Shown piece after piece: positions 1 through 11,603 of a stretch of 64,000 nt of DNA (position 1 is its first letter; every line of letters begins with the position of its first letter). Position numbers and translations under genes: made by a program. Under the pieces are notes generated by a model that had not been told where the DNA came from, made no database searches, and saw nothing but the letters and a program-made list of their open reading frames with translations. Source of the stretch: a virus; the IMG/VR virus record IMGVR_UViG_3300033146_001643, positions 12,984 through 76,983 of that record. One strand, written 5' to 3'.

Positions 1-2
1 GG

Positions 3-3000
3 AACAGACCCGCATTTATAACTGATAATAAAGTAGAACAAATAACTAGGTATAAAAAAGTACTTAAAAATAAATTAAAAGCAATAGAATCGCAATTAAA
101 GACATTTGAAAATGCAGATAATAAAATAGTTTTAAATAATACTACTACTGAAAACGCATTAACCGATATAGATAATATTACTGATTTATTAGTAGAAGAG
201 GAGTTACTTAAAATGAATAGTTTTGTTAATAACGCTTCTTATAAATATATAATTAAACGAAGTACTTTATCTAAGGTAAAAGAACAAAAAAATAAATTAT
301 ATGAAGCTACAAAATTAGCACAAAAAAAAGCTAGGGATAAAAAAGTAAAAGCTGTTAAGACTAGAATGGCTAAAGATATTAAGAATACTATAACAAGAAA
401 TAAGAAAAAAGATATTAAGAAAGCACAAGAGGTTAATACTACAGATAACACAACTATTAAAAATACTAAAGACGTTGAAATTAAAAATACTACATCTAAA
501 GATAATAATACAATCATTTCTGGTGAAGTGATAGTAAAACAAGTACGAGCACAAGAAGTGGTAGACGCCCTAAAAGCTATATTAGTATTATTAGATGATA
601 CAGAAGCTGTGCAAAAAATAGTACAACAATTAGACGATTTTAACGCTAAAAATCAATACAAGGAACAATTATCTACACTAATTGCTATAACTAAACAATT
701 AGTAATTGAATATAATGGTGATAGTTTAATAACTGATATTATCAATAAACAATTAGCTGAAGTTATTGTTTTAGAAAATATCAGGAACGCGAATAATACG
801 CAAACAAAAGTTAGCAATAAAATAGATAATTTAACTAATGAGCAGTTATCTACAGAGAAAGAAATTGATATAATAAAGTCTAGTAAAGTGGCTAAACCAA
901 TTCTTATTACGCCACAAAATACCGAAGAATTGGTGGGTATAATAGATATTCTAAAAACTATAATATTATTATTACCTGAAAATAAAGATACAAAAATAGT
1001 ATCTAATAAATTAGATACTTTAAATACAGAAACCTTAGATAGTACTGATATAGATAACTTATTAGCTCTAACAAATAATATAATAAATAGTTCAAAAATA
1101 GATGTAGATATAAAATTAACAATACAAAATTTATATAGTAACGCTATTATAAATAATAAAACTAGGTTAGCTAATAATGAAATAACTAATGCTGCTAATG
1201 ATTTATTAAACACTTTTGAAGCTATAACTTCAGATACTACAGCTAGTGATGCAATTAAAGCTTCTAAACGTGGAGCTGCCTTTTTAAATTTAATTGCTCT
1301 AGCTGCTAAAGATGTTAAATCAATAGGGTTAGATATGTATAGAGATACATATAAAAGAGTACTAGTTGCTAATAATTGGAAAGAAAATGATATTAAACGT
1401 ATTCACGAAATGTTTAGTACGCTTATACCATTTGCTGAGACATCTGTTGGACATGCCCCAAGTACTTATGATATAGCGTGGCAATTTAAAAATACCGTTA
1501 ATTATAAAGGCGATATTATTGATATGGCAGTACAGACAGGTAATACTGGTAAACCTTATGGATTTAGTGAAAATTCAAGTATAGAGCAACAAACTGAACA
1601 AGTAGCTATCACAGCTAAAAATTATAAAAAAGTAAATAATCCTTCAGAAAGTATTGCCAATAAAGAACAGGAAGGTGTATTGGATAAATCTACTGGTAAA
1701 TATATTAATGTAGATAATGTTACTACGTTCAGTGTAGCAGATAATATAAATATTGGTGATGAAATAATATTTAAGGTTGATACTCATTATGACGGATATA
1801 TAATTACAGATATAGGGGAACGTGTCATTTGGGAAGATTATAGTAAAAATCTGGGTAAAACTTCTTCTGAATATATTAACAATGTACCAATAAAAATAAC
1901 TACTAAAGATGGTAAACTATTAGGGTATCTACATACTATTAATTGGTTATCCGAAAGTAATAATAATGTACAAGATAATATTGATATAGCAGCACACAGT
2001 ACGAATCTGAATCAAATACGTAGAACTATTATAAATAGTGATACTCCCATTATAAGTACTGTAACTGTTAAAAAAGCTGGTTCTATTAATACAACTTATG
2101 ATAATAGTAAAAATTTAGTATCAGTACAAATGCCTAATTTAAAAAATGGGGCTATAGTAGTATTTAGAAATGGTAAGTTTGAACAAGTTAAGAACAAATC
2201 TGTAGCTGTTGATAATTTACATTGGTTTAATGATTTTATATTTAGTGGCATGCCAGCTGTACTCACCACAATGAGTAATGGTGAAACTTATGCTGTACCA
2301 GTAACTAGTACTAAATTAGGAGATAAAGTAAATAGTGAGTTATTAAATGGTATAATTAATTTAATACAACTATACGCTTCTCCAAAAACAGAAGAAAATA
2401 AAATAAGTAGGAACAATATTGCAAAAGAATTTGGTTTTGATTCTTTATCAGCTACTACTTTATATACTATAATTTCTAAATTAGTTTATTTAGAGGGATT
2501 TACAGATGAAACTATAATGGATTTAGCTGCTAATCAAGATAGTAAAGTACGAGACTTATTTAATATTAATAAAAAGACTGGAACTATAAGATTTGCTACT
2601 ACAGCTACTAATGATAAGATTACACCTTATACTATATATGAGTTACATCAAAATGGGAATATTTTTATTAAAAAGCCTAATAAGGATAAACAAATTTTAG
2701 ATAAGCAACAACTTACGAATAGTTTAGATGATATACTTGTTAAATTATCAAGTATTCTAAAAAATAAAGTAGTTAATACTGACTTGGAGATGTTAAATAA
2801 CTCTGAAGTATTTATGATACCATATACTGATGATGACGGTATAAAAGTTGTTAAATTTGAATCGTATGAAGAGTTTATTAAAACTAAACTCCTTACCAAT
2901 ATAGTAGAAAAAAGACAATCTATTGGTGGTAAAATTAAAATAATTCATTCAGTACAATCTACCGTAGAATTTGACTCTACATTCGCTAATACTACTAGGC

Positions 3001-6000
3001 AAGAAGATTCAGATATAGCTACTAATATTAAAGATAGTATTATAGAAAAAGAAACTTCTCCCTTAGATGATTTATTTGGTAAGCAAGAATCAATGGAAGA
3101 ATACACAGCTAAACAACTAAGTAAGCCTAAATTGACAATAACTTCTGAACAGCAAGAACAGCTTAAAAATCTTGGCTATACACAAGAAGAAATTAATAAA
3201 ATTAACCCTGCTGTTGTTACTTCAATATTAACTTATAAAATTAAACCAGCAGTAGAAGTTACTATATCTACTGAAGAAAAAAATATTAAATTAAAAGCTG
3301 CAAGGGAAGCTAGATTACTTAAAAGAAAGTCTAAGAAAAAAACTACTAAAAAGATTATCAATAGTTTTGAAGCCATAACATCTAATAATAATACATTTTC
3401 TGCACTAAGCAGCACTGATAATATTACTAATATATTAGATGCTGCATTAAAAGAATCATTAATACCTGGATTATCTAGTTATGAACAACATACTGTATTA
3501 ATGAATACAATTAATATTATTAAAGACCATATTGACGGAGACTGGACTAAGGAATCTATATCTCAAACTATAGAAGCGATATTTAATCATTATGTTGATA
3601 TAAGTATAGCTTTAGATATAGTTAAAGATGAACAAGAATTAGACGTAATTGAAGATATAAGTGAGGAGTCTGAAGCTATACAAAATTTAATTGATACATT
3701 TAGAAAATTATCTTTACCAAGAATACTTAGTATGAAATCAATATATGATGTTATTTCTGATGATGCTAATTATAATAAATTAGTTGATATAGTATTAAAA
3801 GATTTACAAACACATGGAATACAACTAACACAACAAGTAGATGCAATTGATGAAACAACTGATTCTGAAATGGAAAATGATAACGAAACTAGTGATATTA
3901 CTATTAGAAATAAATGGAATATAGAAAATGCTAGCGTAAATACATTTGATAGAACGTCAAGTGAATTTAAAGCTATAATTAGAACTATTCCGCAAATGGA
4001 TTTTGTGCATAATACTGATGGCACAATCAAATTTGAAAATGGTGAACCTGTTATGCAAAAAATACTTAATGTAATGGGGACAACTGAATTTGTAGAACCA
4101 GAAAGAATACAACAAGAACTATTTTTATTATTACAAAAATTTAGTCATTTATCAACTGGTGAAAAATATAATGCTTATATTAAAACACTATTATCAACTG
4201 ACCATAACACAGCTCATCTAGTCGTACTTGGAAAAATGTTTCAAGAAGCATCTGACAAGATAAAAGCTGAATTAATAAATACAATTAGTACCCAAAAAAC
4301 TAATGCTGCTATAGTAATATGGAAAAAGAATTTAGGTGTTGATAATAATGTGCATTATGGTATGTATGTTAAAAATAGTTCTAAACCACATGAGCTGGAT
4401 AAACTTAGGAGTATTTGGAATAGTCATCAGACACAGCAAATAACTAATAAACTTATTGAGAACAACGCTAAGGGTTTACCAATAGTAAAAGCAACGAGAG
4501 TCGCTTATTGGCAAAAGTATTATATGTCGATGCTTACTGATATAAAAGTTAAGAATTTACTAATACACGCTGAAAATAAAAATAATAAAAATAATAAAAC
4601 AAAGCGTAAATTACTAGAATTACCAAATATGCCTGATAATTTAGTACTTAAACTATTTAATGAGATAGGGATAAATTTAACTCAAGAACAATTAAATGAA
4701 TTAAAACATATAGAGACTAATGAATTATTAAAATCATTTTTCAACCATAAAAATATGCCTAGCGTATTTAGAATAACTAGATATCCTGATTTATTTATAC
4801 CCAATGGACTTATTGATACTATGATTAAAGACATGGGAAATCCATTAATAGATGAGTTATTATTTGAAAATAACCCATTAACTAGTATTAACTCAAAAGT
4901 GCTAGATGCTATAGCTAATGTACAATTAAGTATAGAAGGTGGGTATGGTACAACTACATTCACTAGAGGTAACGGAACTATGCAGCAAACATATAGCCAA
5001 AATACAGCTTTATCGCATAAAATGAATAGACTATTGGATATAAAAGAATTACCTAATGGTGGACAAGAGATGTCAAGTGAATTTAATATGCACGCAAATA
5101 GTAATATACAATATAGTGGTAGAGATAATAATGGGGAACATAAATCTAAATGGTTAGATGATATTGAAAATGGTAAGGCAGGGCAATTCCAAGTTGGGGT
5201 TGTAGATAGCTTAAAACAGGGGGGTGTTGATAAATCTGCTGTTTTACGAACAAAAGCTACTAGAAATGAATTATTAGTTGATGAATTAGCTAGATTTACT
5301 AATTCTGGTAATAAAACAGCACAATTTTTAATATTAGCTTTTTCTGATAAAAGTACAGCAGCAACAATAACTGCACCTAAAATAGTTACAGATATAAGTT
5401 TTTCTAATAATAAACCTAAATTTAGACAACTACAACGTAATCAAATTTGGCAATATATATTATTACCTGAAGTAGATAGAATAAATAATCATGCAAAACG
5501 AATTATTGATGGCACTATTACTAGGAATACTTCTGGAAATCAATATTATGAAGGTGGTCTTTTATTTCAATTAACTCCATACTTGAATACACATGAATTG
5601 ATGCTAGGTGATAAGGCTATGAGAAACGAAGATGGTACAATTGATGTTACTCCAGAAACTAAGCAGTTATTAATAGATGTTGTAGAAAAAGAAATATTAG
5701 CTAGTGCAGAAGAAACTAAGGCTGACATGTTATCAGCAGGTATGTTTAGAACTAGAACAGTAAAAAATAAAAATGATAATTCAGAGACTACTATTGATGA
5801 ATTACATTTTGTAGATAAACAATATTTAAGAACACTAGATAATACATTAACTACTAAACAAAAATTACAATATATAGCAATAGATTTTGCTTTTAATAAA
5901 GCTATTGCTACGACGGAGTTTACTAAATTATTTGGTGGAGATATGGCTAATGTATATAAGAATAAAGGAATATCTAAAAATAAACAATTAAATACATTTA

Positions 6001-9000
6001 TCAAAAATAATAAATTTAATTATGTACAATATTTAAACGCTAATAAAAATATACTGCAACAACAAATAGCTAAACAATGGGGAGAATATATTAAGAGAAT
6101 GGCTAAAGATATAGCTCCTGGTATAGATGGGTATTGGGTTGATAGTGAGGGGAGAAATCATAATATATTTAATCAAGCATATATTAATGACTTATCCCTA
6201 GATTTAAGTGGGTATACTGGTGTGGAAGGAGGCGATGCTCAACAATATTCTACATTAAAAGAATTTGTTATTGTACAACATGGGTATGGAAAAATATCTG
6301 ATGACACTTATTCAGAACTAATGGCTCAAATTGAAGAAGTCGAACTTATAAATAAAGAAATTATTGATAAAAATAAAGATAAGCCATTGAGTGAAATACT
6401 ACCATTATTAGAACATGTGGATTTAACTAATGATTATTTAACAGAATTAGAAGAAGCTGTTAGAATATCACCATTAAAACCTGTATACGTAGGAGATGTA
6501 ATTAACGAAGAACAAGGTAGAATTGATAAAAAATATATTAAAGTAGCAGTATTCCCACTTATAGGGAACGCCACTACTGGTACAGAGATTGATTATTTAA
6601 GAAGAAGAATGGAGTATGAAGAAATAATTACTGGTAAGCCAGTTAATATAACATATACATCAGGTGTTAAAATTGGATTAAATAATGTAAGTACTGTATG
6701 GAAACCTAATACTACTACTAATGCTACACATGCTGTAGCTAATAAACACGGCATAGAAAATATGCAATTTGAACAATTGCATAGAGACGGGTATAGAATA
6801 CAACAAGAAGAACCAACACATGTTCATACAGAAACTGTAACAGTTACACAAGCTAACAAATTGTTATGGAGTGGTATTATGCGTATATTAGATAATACTG
6901 GTGTACTTTCTGGGTTTAAACATAATGGTAGTGATATGAACGTTGAGGAGTTAAAAGAGCAATTTCACACAATTAAAAAACAATTATCAAATAATGGCGT
7001 AGACCAGTTAAACAGGCGATTAGGATTGAACACTGACGGTACGTTTAAAGATTTAACTAAATTAGTAGCATTAATTAAAGATGAGATGTATACAAGAAAT
7101 TACCCAGAATCTGATATAGCTAGTATGGAAATGACGTCTATTGATGGACAACAACAAATTAAATTACCAATAGCTTTTCAAGGTAATGGACAACGCATAG
7201 AAGCATTAATTAATTCAATAATAACTAAAGAGACTATTAAAACTAAAATGCCTGGCAGGTCTTATGTTCAAGTATCTGGACATGGTATTGGGTCAGTCAA
7301 ATCATTAAGCAATACACAAAAATCTGATATAGTTTTTACTGAATTATATACAGATAACCATTTAAAATTTGTAACTAATGAAAATGGTGTTGTTACCTAT
7401 GCTCAATGTTTAGTGCCGTTTAATATAACAGCTCCAAATGGAGAATTATACAAAATAGAAGATTTTTTAATTACTAAAGATGGTAAACAATTATTAGATA
7501 CAACTAGACTACCTAAAGATATATTAAAACTAATAGGGTTACGTATTCCTAATCAAGGGCATAGTTCAATGTTATTACTTGAAATAGCTGGATTTTTACC
7601 AAGTTATATGCATGATAATATAATAGTACCCCCAGAAATAACTGCTCAAATGGGGGCTGACTTTGATTTTGACCATTTATATACATATAGTTTTAATACA
7701 GAACAAAGATTAACTGCTGAAGCATTTAATACTTATAAAGAACAATTTGATAATTTAATTGATACTAGGGGTATAATAAAATATATGAATCAACAAGTAG
7801 CTGAAAAATATGTAGGCTTACAAAATAAATTACAAACAGCTACAGAAGATGATAAGAAAATTATCAGTAAAGAAATTAAAAAGTTACAATTAAAAGCTAA
7901 AAAGAAATTATATATAGAGTTTTTAAATAATGGAAATAATGTTGTTATTGCTAAAATTAATAGTGCTGTAACAGATTATTCTATAGCTTCTAAAGAGGAG
8001 TTACAGAATGCTTATGTAGAAACATTCCATACTGTACTTAGTCATACTGCTGTGGCTAAAAAAATGACTACCCCATTAGATTTGCCTTATTTAGCTAGTG
8101 AGGCTGATAAAATAGATAAAATTATAAATAGTATAGGGGAAAATAATTTCAACCCATTATCAACACGATTCTCTACTGATATGTATTTAGCTAATCAAGC
8201 TGGTAAATTAGGTGTAGCTATACAAAGTATAGCGTCAACATTTTTAGCTTTAATAGAAGATAAGTCTTTAAAATTAACTAACTCGGTAAATAGAAATAAA
8301 ATTGACCTTAACATAAAAATTAGTACTGATAATGGAGTAATTAAATTAAATAAACTTGGTCTAGGTAATTATACCAACACTAAAGGTGATAATATATCAA
8401 ATGCTGACATATTGTTAATGTTACAAAACGAAGCTGTAGATAATGCAAAAAATCTTAACCTAGCATCTTTGTTTTATAATAAAGATACAGCTAGTATTTA
8501 TAATGTATTAGCTATGTTGATTAGTAACAATAAAGAAACTTTACCATTAGAATTTCTAGTTAGATTTATAAACCAGGAAGCTATTAAAAGTTATATTAAT
8601 AAATTACAGGAAACTAGTAGCACTATAGCAGAATTTACACCTAATGCTAAACAAAAAATATTTGATGATTTACTAAAAGAATATATTAATAAAGGGGCTA
8701 ATAAAACAGAAATTAATAATTATGTGGGAACAATATCTAATGGAAATTATACTTATACATATACAGAGTCAGACTTATTAAAAGCATTAAAAAGTAAAAA
8801 GCGGGATTCTAATTATTATCAATTACAAGCAGAAACATTAATATTTGTAAAAACATTAATGGATAACGTTATACAACCAGTTCAAAATGTAATATCAGCT
8901 ACTAATGGCATAGACACAGTTGGATTAGGAAAAGATATATTTACTACTATAGCTAAACAACAAGCAGTACAAACATATTTATTAGAAAATAGTGTAGTAC

Positions 9001-11579
9001 TTGGAGCTGGGTCTATAATATATGATACTGATAACAATTATACGGAAATTGGTACTATGTACAATAATAGTGTAAACTTATCATTAAAAATATTAAGTAC
9101 TACAACTAATAATGACGGAACTTCTATTTTACCTTACACGTCTAAGTACGCAGAAAAAATATTTATGAATTATGCTGATATATTAGGTAAAGACATACTA
9201 TCTGTACAAGATTATAAAGATATATGGCGTGCTACTAAACAGCTTATAGTTAGTAAAATTATATATAATACTACTAATGCAGATAGTTTAGCAAACTTAC
9301 GTAAAAGTTTATTTTTTGGAGATACTTCATTAGGAGTACAGCTTAAAAACGTAGAAAATGAGCCGTGGTTTAAAGAAAATAGATTCTTACTAAATGGTAT
9401 AAATAGATTAATTGTTAAAGATGATAATGTTATAAAATATAATAAAGAAACGTCTAAATATGAAGCATTAAACAATACAACTCCTATATTAGTTAAATAT
9501 GAAATGGGGGTTAAGAAAGATACAGATGACTATAGAAATATAGAAGCTATATTAGAGTTATTATATACATCTATTAGTGAATATGAAACTATAAAAGATA
9601 ATATATTAGATACAGATATACATAAAGCTATTATTACTAAATATGAATTTGCTCAAAGTTTAGTTAACTATACTATATTAGAAGGAGGTATACAAAATGC
9701 TCAAAACTGGGTTAAGTATTTACCAATATCATATTTAGAAGCTATAGGATTTAATAAATCAATTAGAGATATAAACTTTAATTCTATTGATGTATATGAT
9801 ACAATTAGTAGCCCAGAAGTAATTATACGACAATATCTACAACATAACCCTAAAAAGGCTAAAACTTTTAATCCACAATATGTTAAAAGCACTACTAAAA
9901 ATAATAATATAATCACATTACCATCTGCGTATGAAAAAAATTCTCCATATAGCGATATTATAAAAATAGAGATTATAGCTGGTGAAGAATATAAATCTTA
10001 TCCACAATATATTAAATATTATGATGTAGCAACACATAAATATTATTTGTATGAAAACACAGATAAAAATAAAAATGAAACTGATATAATATTTAGAAGA
10101 TTGCCACTACTAGGAACTGATAAGTTAGGATTTAATGAATATGATGGAACAATACAGTATGCTCAAAGTAATTTAACAGATAAACAAATCTATACAGAAC
10201 AAGAATTAATTGAATTAAACAAAGTTACCGAGATAGCAACTATTCCTAATATGTTATCTAATATATATGATGATACAATATTAACAACTCCTACTAGTGA
10301 AAGTATTTGGAATAGAGTAGAGGAGTTAGCTAATAACAATACTATGTTTAGTGTAGCAGCTAAAATATTGTTGGCGAATAAAGATTTAGCTAAAGAATTT
10401 GAAGTAACTATTAATAATTCAGGTGCACGTGGTATGACTAGAGTACATAATAATACAAAAGATTTAAAAACAATAGATATATCACCTAGACTATTTGAAA
10501 CTACTAAAACTAGTGGTAATGTAGAAGCACAACAAACTGAATTAAATGAGATAGTTTTACATGAAATGTTACATGGAGTATTATCTAAAATTATAAATAA
10601 TGCTATGAATGGTGTTGGCAATAATAATACCATTAAAGCAGTACAAGAATTAGATAACTTACGAAAAAGTATAATAAAAAATAACCAAGTTGAATTTAAT
10701 GCTTATATGGATACTAGGGGTGTATCAAGTACAGCTGAAAATATAGCTAAATTTGAAGGATTAACTAATATACATGAATTTTTTAGTTATGCTTTTACTA
10801 ATAGCAGTTTTCAAAACTTTTTAAATACACAGGCTAGAACAGATAATGGTAAGGGTACTTTATTAAATCAATTATTAGAGTTATTAAGCGTTATTTTAGA
10901 TACTACTATATTAGAGAATATTGCAGAAGATAAAGCTTTATATCAAGTATTAAGTATGGGAGTAACTGCTTTTACTAAAATCATACCGCCTAATACTCTG
11001 ATAAATAATAATTCAAATAATAATTATTCAGCTATAACATCAAAATCTTTAAATCAAGCTTATATAGATAATAAGTTAATTAATAAAGATAATACGTATA
11101 AACGTTATAGTATAACAGATAATAACTATAAAAAAATATTAAAACAAGTAGCTAATATAAATAAACAAAAATTACCATATAAAGCTAAAATAATAAAAAT
11201 AGTTGGAGAACGTGGAGATAATAGACCTATGGCGGCAATTGATAAATATTATAAATATTCTGTAGAACAACAATTATATAATAACTCTTTTGTAGAACCT
11301 ATAAAACCGTTATCTTTGCAGGATATACAAAATAAATATGAATTAACTACTAAAACTGGTATTATGAAAGCAGTAATACCAACAAATAGTAATTATGAAA
11401 GATTACTACAAACAACAATAAAAATAAATAATGATATAGCAGTTAATCATATAGCAAATGTTATTAAAACCAAAATTAACAATAAAACAATGTATACAAT
11501 AGAGTTATTAAATACATCAACTCCTGTTGATATATTATATGCTAAAGCTACTAATAACACTAATAAAATAGACTGTTAA
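3..11579 (+). CDS. Giant virion RNA polymerase polyprotein (crAss-like, phi14:2 gp66-type core) with C-terminal zincin metalloprotease domain; 5'-truncated by the window
   Basis: Frame has no stop from nt 3 to the listed ATG at 213. RIPNQGHSSM (7542) and MGADFDFD (DFDFD 7659-7673) are the two-barrel RNAP catalytic motifs. HEMLH (10560-10574) plus downstream HEFFSYAF is a zincin signature. Confidence 0.92.
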   Translation, partial: NRPAFITDNKVEQITRYKKVLKNKLKAIESQLKTFENADNKIVLNNTTTENALTDIDNITDLLVEEELLKMNSFVNNASYKYIIKRSTLSKVKEQKNKLYEATKLAQKKARDKKVKAVKTRMAKDIKNTITRNKKKDIKKAQEVNTTDNTTIKNTKDVEIKNTTSKDNNTIISGEVIVKQVRAQEVVDALKAILVLLDDTEAVQKIVQQLDDFNAKNQYKEQLSTLIAITKQLVIEYNGDSLITDIINKQLAEVIVLENIRNANNTQTKVSNKIDNLTNEQLSTEKEIDIIKSSKVAKPILITPQNTEELVGIIDILKTIILLLPENKDTKIVSNKLDTLNTETLDSTDIDNLLALTNNIINSSKIDVDIKLTIQNLYSNAIINNKTRLANNEITNAANDLLNTFEAITSDTTASDAIKASKRGAAFLNLIALAAKDVKSIGLDMYRDTYKRVLVANNWKENDIKRIHEMFSTLIPFAETSVGHAPSTYDIAWQFKNTVNYKGDIIDMAVQTGNTGKPYGFSENSSIEQQTEQVAITAKNYKKVNNPSESIANKEQEGVLDKSTGKYINVDNVTTFSVADNINIGDEIIFKVDTHYDGYIITDIGERVIWEDYSKNLGKTSSEYINNVPIKITTKDGKLLGYLHTINWLSESNNNVQDNIDIAAHSTNLNQIRRTIINSDTPIISTVTVKKAGSINTTYDNSKNLVSVQMPNLKNGAIVVFRNGKFEQVKNKSVAVDNLHWFNDFIFSGMPAVLTTMSNGETYAVPVTSTKLGDKVNSELLNGIINLIQLYASPKTEENKISRNNIAKEFGFDSLSATTLYTIISKLVYLEGFTDETIMDLAANQDSKVRDLFNINKKTGTIRFATTATNDKITPYTIYELHQNGNIFIKKPNKDKQILDKQQLTNSLDDILVKLSSILKNKVVNTDLEMLNNSEVFMIPYTDDDGIKVVKFESYEEFIKTKLLTNIVEKRQSIGGKIKIIHSVQSTVEFDSTFANTTRQEDSDIATNIKDSIIEKETSPLDDLFGKQESMEEYTAKQLSKPKLTITSEQQEQLKNLGYTQEEINKINPAVVTSILTYKIKPAVEVTISTEEKNIKLKAAREARLLKRKSKKKTTKKIINSFEAITSNNNTFSALSSTDNITNILDAALKESLIPGLSSYEQHTVLMNTINIIKDHIDGDWTKESISQTIEAIFNHYVDISIALDIVKDEQELDVIEDISEESEAIQNLIDTFRKLSLPRILSMKSIYDVISDDANYNKLVDIVLKDLQTHGIQLTQQVDAIDETTDSEMENDNETSDITIRNKWNIENASVNTFDRTSSEFKAIIRTIPQMDFVHNTDGTIKFENGEPVMQKILNVMGTTEFVEPERIQQELFLLLQKFSHLSTGEKYNAYIKTLLSTDHNTAHLVVLGKMFQEASDKIKAELINTISTQKTNAAIVIWKKNLGVDNNVHYGMYVKNSSKPHELDKLRSIWNSHQTQQITNKLIENNAKGLPIVKATRVAYWQKYYMSMLTDIKVKNLLIHAENKNNKNNKTKRKLLELPNMPDNLVLKLFNEIGINLTQEQLNELKHIETNELLKSFFNHKNMPSVFRITRYPDLFIPNGLIDTMIKDMGNPLIDELLFENNPLTSINSKVLDAIANVQLSIEGGYGTTTFTRGNGTMQQTYSQNTALSHKMNRLLDIKELPNGGQEMSSEFNMHANSNIQYSGRDNNGEHKSKWLDDIENGKAGQFQVGVVDSLKQGGVDKSAVLRTKATRNELLVDELARFTNSGNKTAQFLILAFSDKSTAATITAPKIVTDISFSNNKPKFRQLQRNQIWQYILLPEVDRINNHAKRIIDGTITRNTSGNQYYEGGLLFQLTPYLNTHELMLGDKAMRNEDGTIDVTPETKQLLIDVVEKEILASAEETKADMLSAGMFRTRTVKNKNDNSETTIDELHFVDKQYLRTLDNTLTTKQKLQYIAIDFAFNKAIATTEFTKLFGGDMANVYKNKGISKNKQLNTFIKNNKFNYVQYLNANKNILQQQIAKQWGEYIKRMAKDIAPGIDGYWVDSEGRNHNIFNQAYINDLSLDLSGYTGVEGGDAQQYSTLKEFVIVQHGYGKISDDTYSELMAQIEEVELINKEIIDKNKDKPLSEILPLLEHVDLTNDYLTELEEAVRISPLKPVYVGDVINEEQGRIDKKYIKVAVFPLIGNATTGTEIDYLRRRMEYEEIITGKPVNITYTSGVKIGLNNVSTVWKPNTTTNATHAVANKHGIENMQFEQLHRDGYRIQQEEPTHVHTETVTVTQANKLLWSGIMRILDNTGVLSGFKHNGSDMNVEELKEQFHTIKKQLSNNGVDQLNRRLGLNTDGTFKDLTKLVALIKDEMYTRNYPESDIASMEMTSIDGQQQIKLPIAFQGNGQRIEALINSIITKETIKTKMPGRSYVQVSGHGIGSVKSLSNTQKSDIVFTELYTDNHLKFVTNENGVVTYAQCLVPFNITAPNGELYKIEDFLITKDGKQLLDTTRLPKDILKLIGLRIPNQGHSSMLLLEIAGFLPSYMHDNIIVPPEITAQMGADFDFDHLYTYSFNTEQRLTAEAFNTYKEQFDNLIDTRGIIKYMNQQVAEKYVGLQNKLQTATEDDKKIISKEIKKLQLKAKKKLYIEFLNNGNNVVIAKINSAVTDYSIASKEELQNAYVETFHTVLSHTAVAKKMTTPLDLPYLASEADKIDKIINSIGENNFNPLSTRFSTDMYLANQAGKLGVAIQSIASTFLALIEDKSLKLTNSVNRNKIDLNIKISTDNGVIKLNKLGLGNYTNTKGDNISNADILLMLQNEAVDNAKNLNLASLFYNKDTASIYNVLAMLISNNKETLPLEFLVRFINQEAIKSYINKLQETSSTIAEFTPNAKQKIFDDLLKEYINKGANKTEINNYVGTISNGNYTYTYTESDLLKALKSKKRDSNYYQLQAETLIFVKTLMDNVIQPVQNVISATNGIDTVGLGKDIFTTIAKQQAVQTYLLENSVVLGAGSIIYDTDNNYTEIGTMYNNSVNLSLKILSTTTNNDGTSILPYTSKYAEKIFMNYADILGKDILSVQDYKDIWRATKQLIVSKIIYNTTNADSLANLRKSLFFGDTSLGVQLKNVENEPWFKENRFLLNGINRLIVKDDNVIKYNKETSKYEALNNTTPILVKYEMGVKKDTDDYRNIEAILELLYTSISEYETIKDNILDTDIHKAIITKYEFAQSLVNYTILEGGIQNAQNWVKYLPISYLEAIGFNKSIRDINFNSIDVYDTISSPEVIIRQYLQHNPKKAKTFNPQYVKSTTKNNNIITLPSAYEKNSPYSDIIKIEIIAGEEYKSYPQYIKYYDVATHKYYLYENTDKNKNETDIIFRRLPLLGTDKLGFNEYDGTIQYAQSNLTDKQIYTEQELIELNKVTEIATIPNMLSNIYDDTILTTPTSESIWNRVEELANNNTMFSVAAKILLANKDLAKEFEVTINNSGARGMTRVHNNTKDLKTIDISPRLFETTKTSGNVEAQQTELNEIVLHEMLHGVLSKIINNAMNGVGNNNTIKAVQELDNLRKSIIKNNQVEFNAYMDTRGVSSTAENIAKFEGLTNIHEFFSYAFTNSSFQNFLNTQARTDNGKGTLLNQLLELLSVILDTTILENIAEDKALYQVLSMGVTAFTKIIPPNTLINNNSNNNYSAITSKSLNQAYIDNKLINKDNTYKRYSITDNNYKKILKQVANINKQKLPYKAKIIKIVGERGDNRPMAAIDKYYKYSVEQQLYNNSFVEPIKPLSLQDIQNKYELTTKTGIMKAVIPTNSNYERLLQTTIKINNDIAVNHIANVIKTKINNKTMYTIELLNTSTPVDILYAKATNNTNKIDC

Positions 11580-11603
11580 TATAAACATATAAATAATAAA
11601 TAA

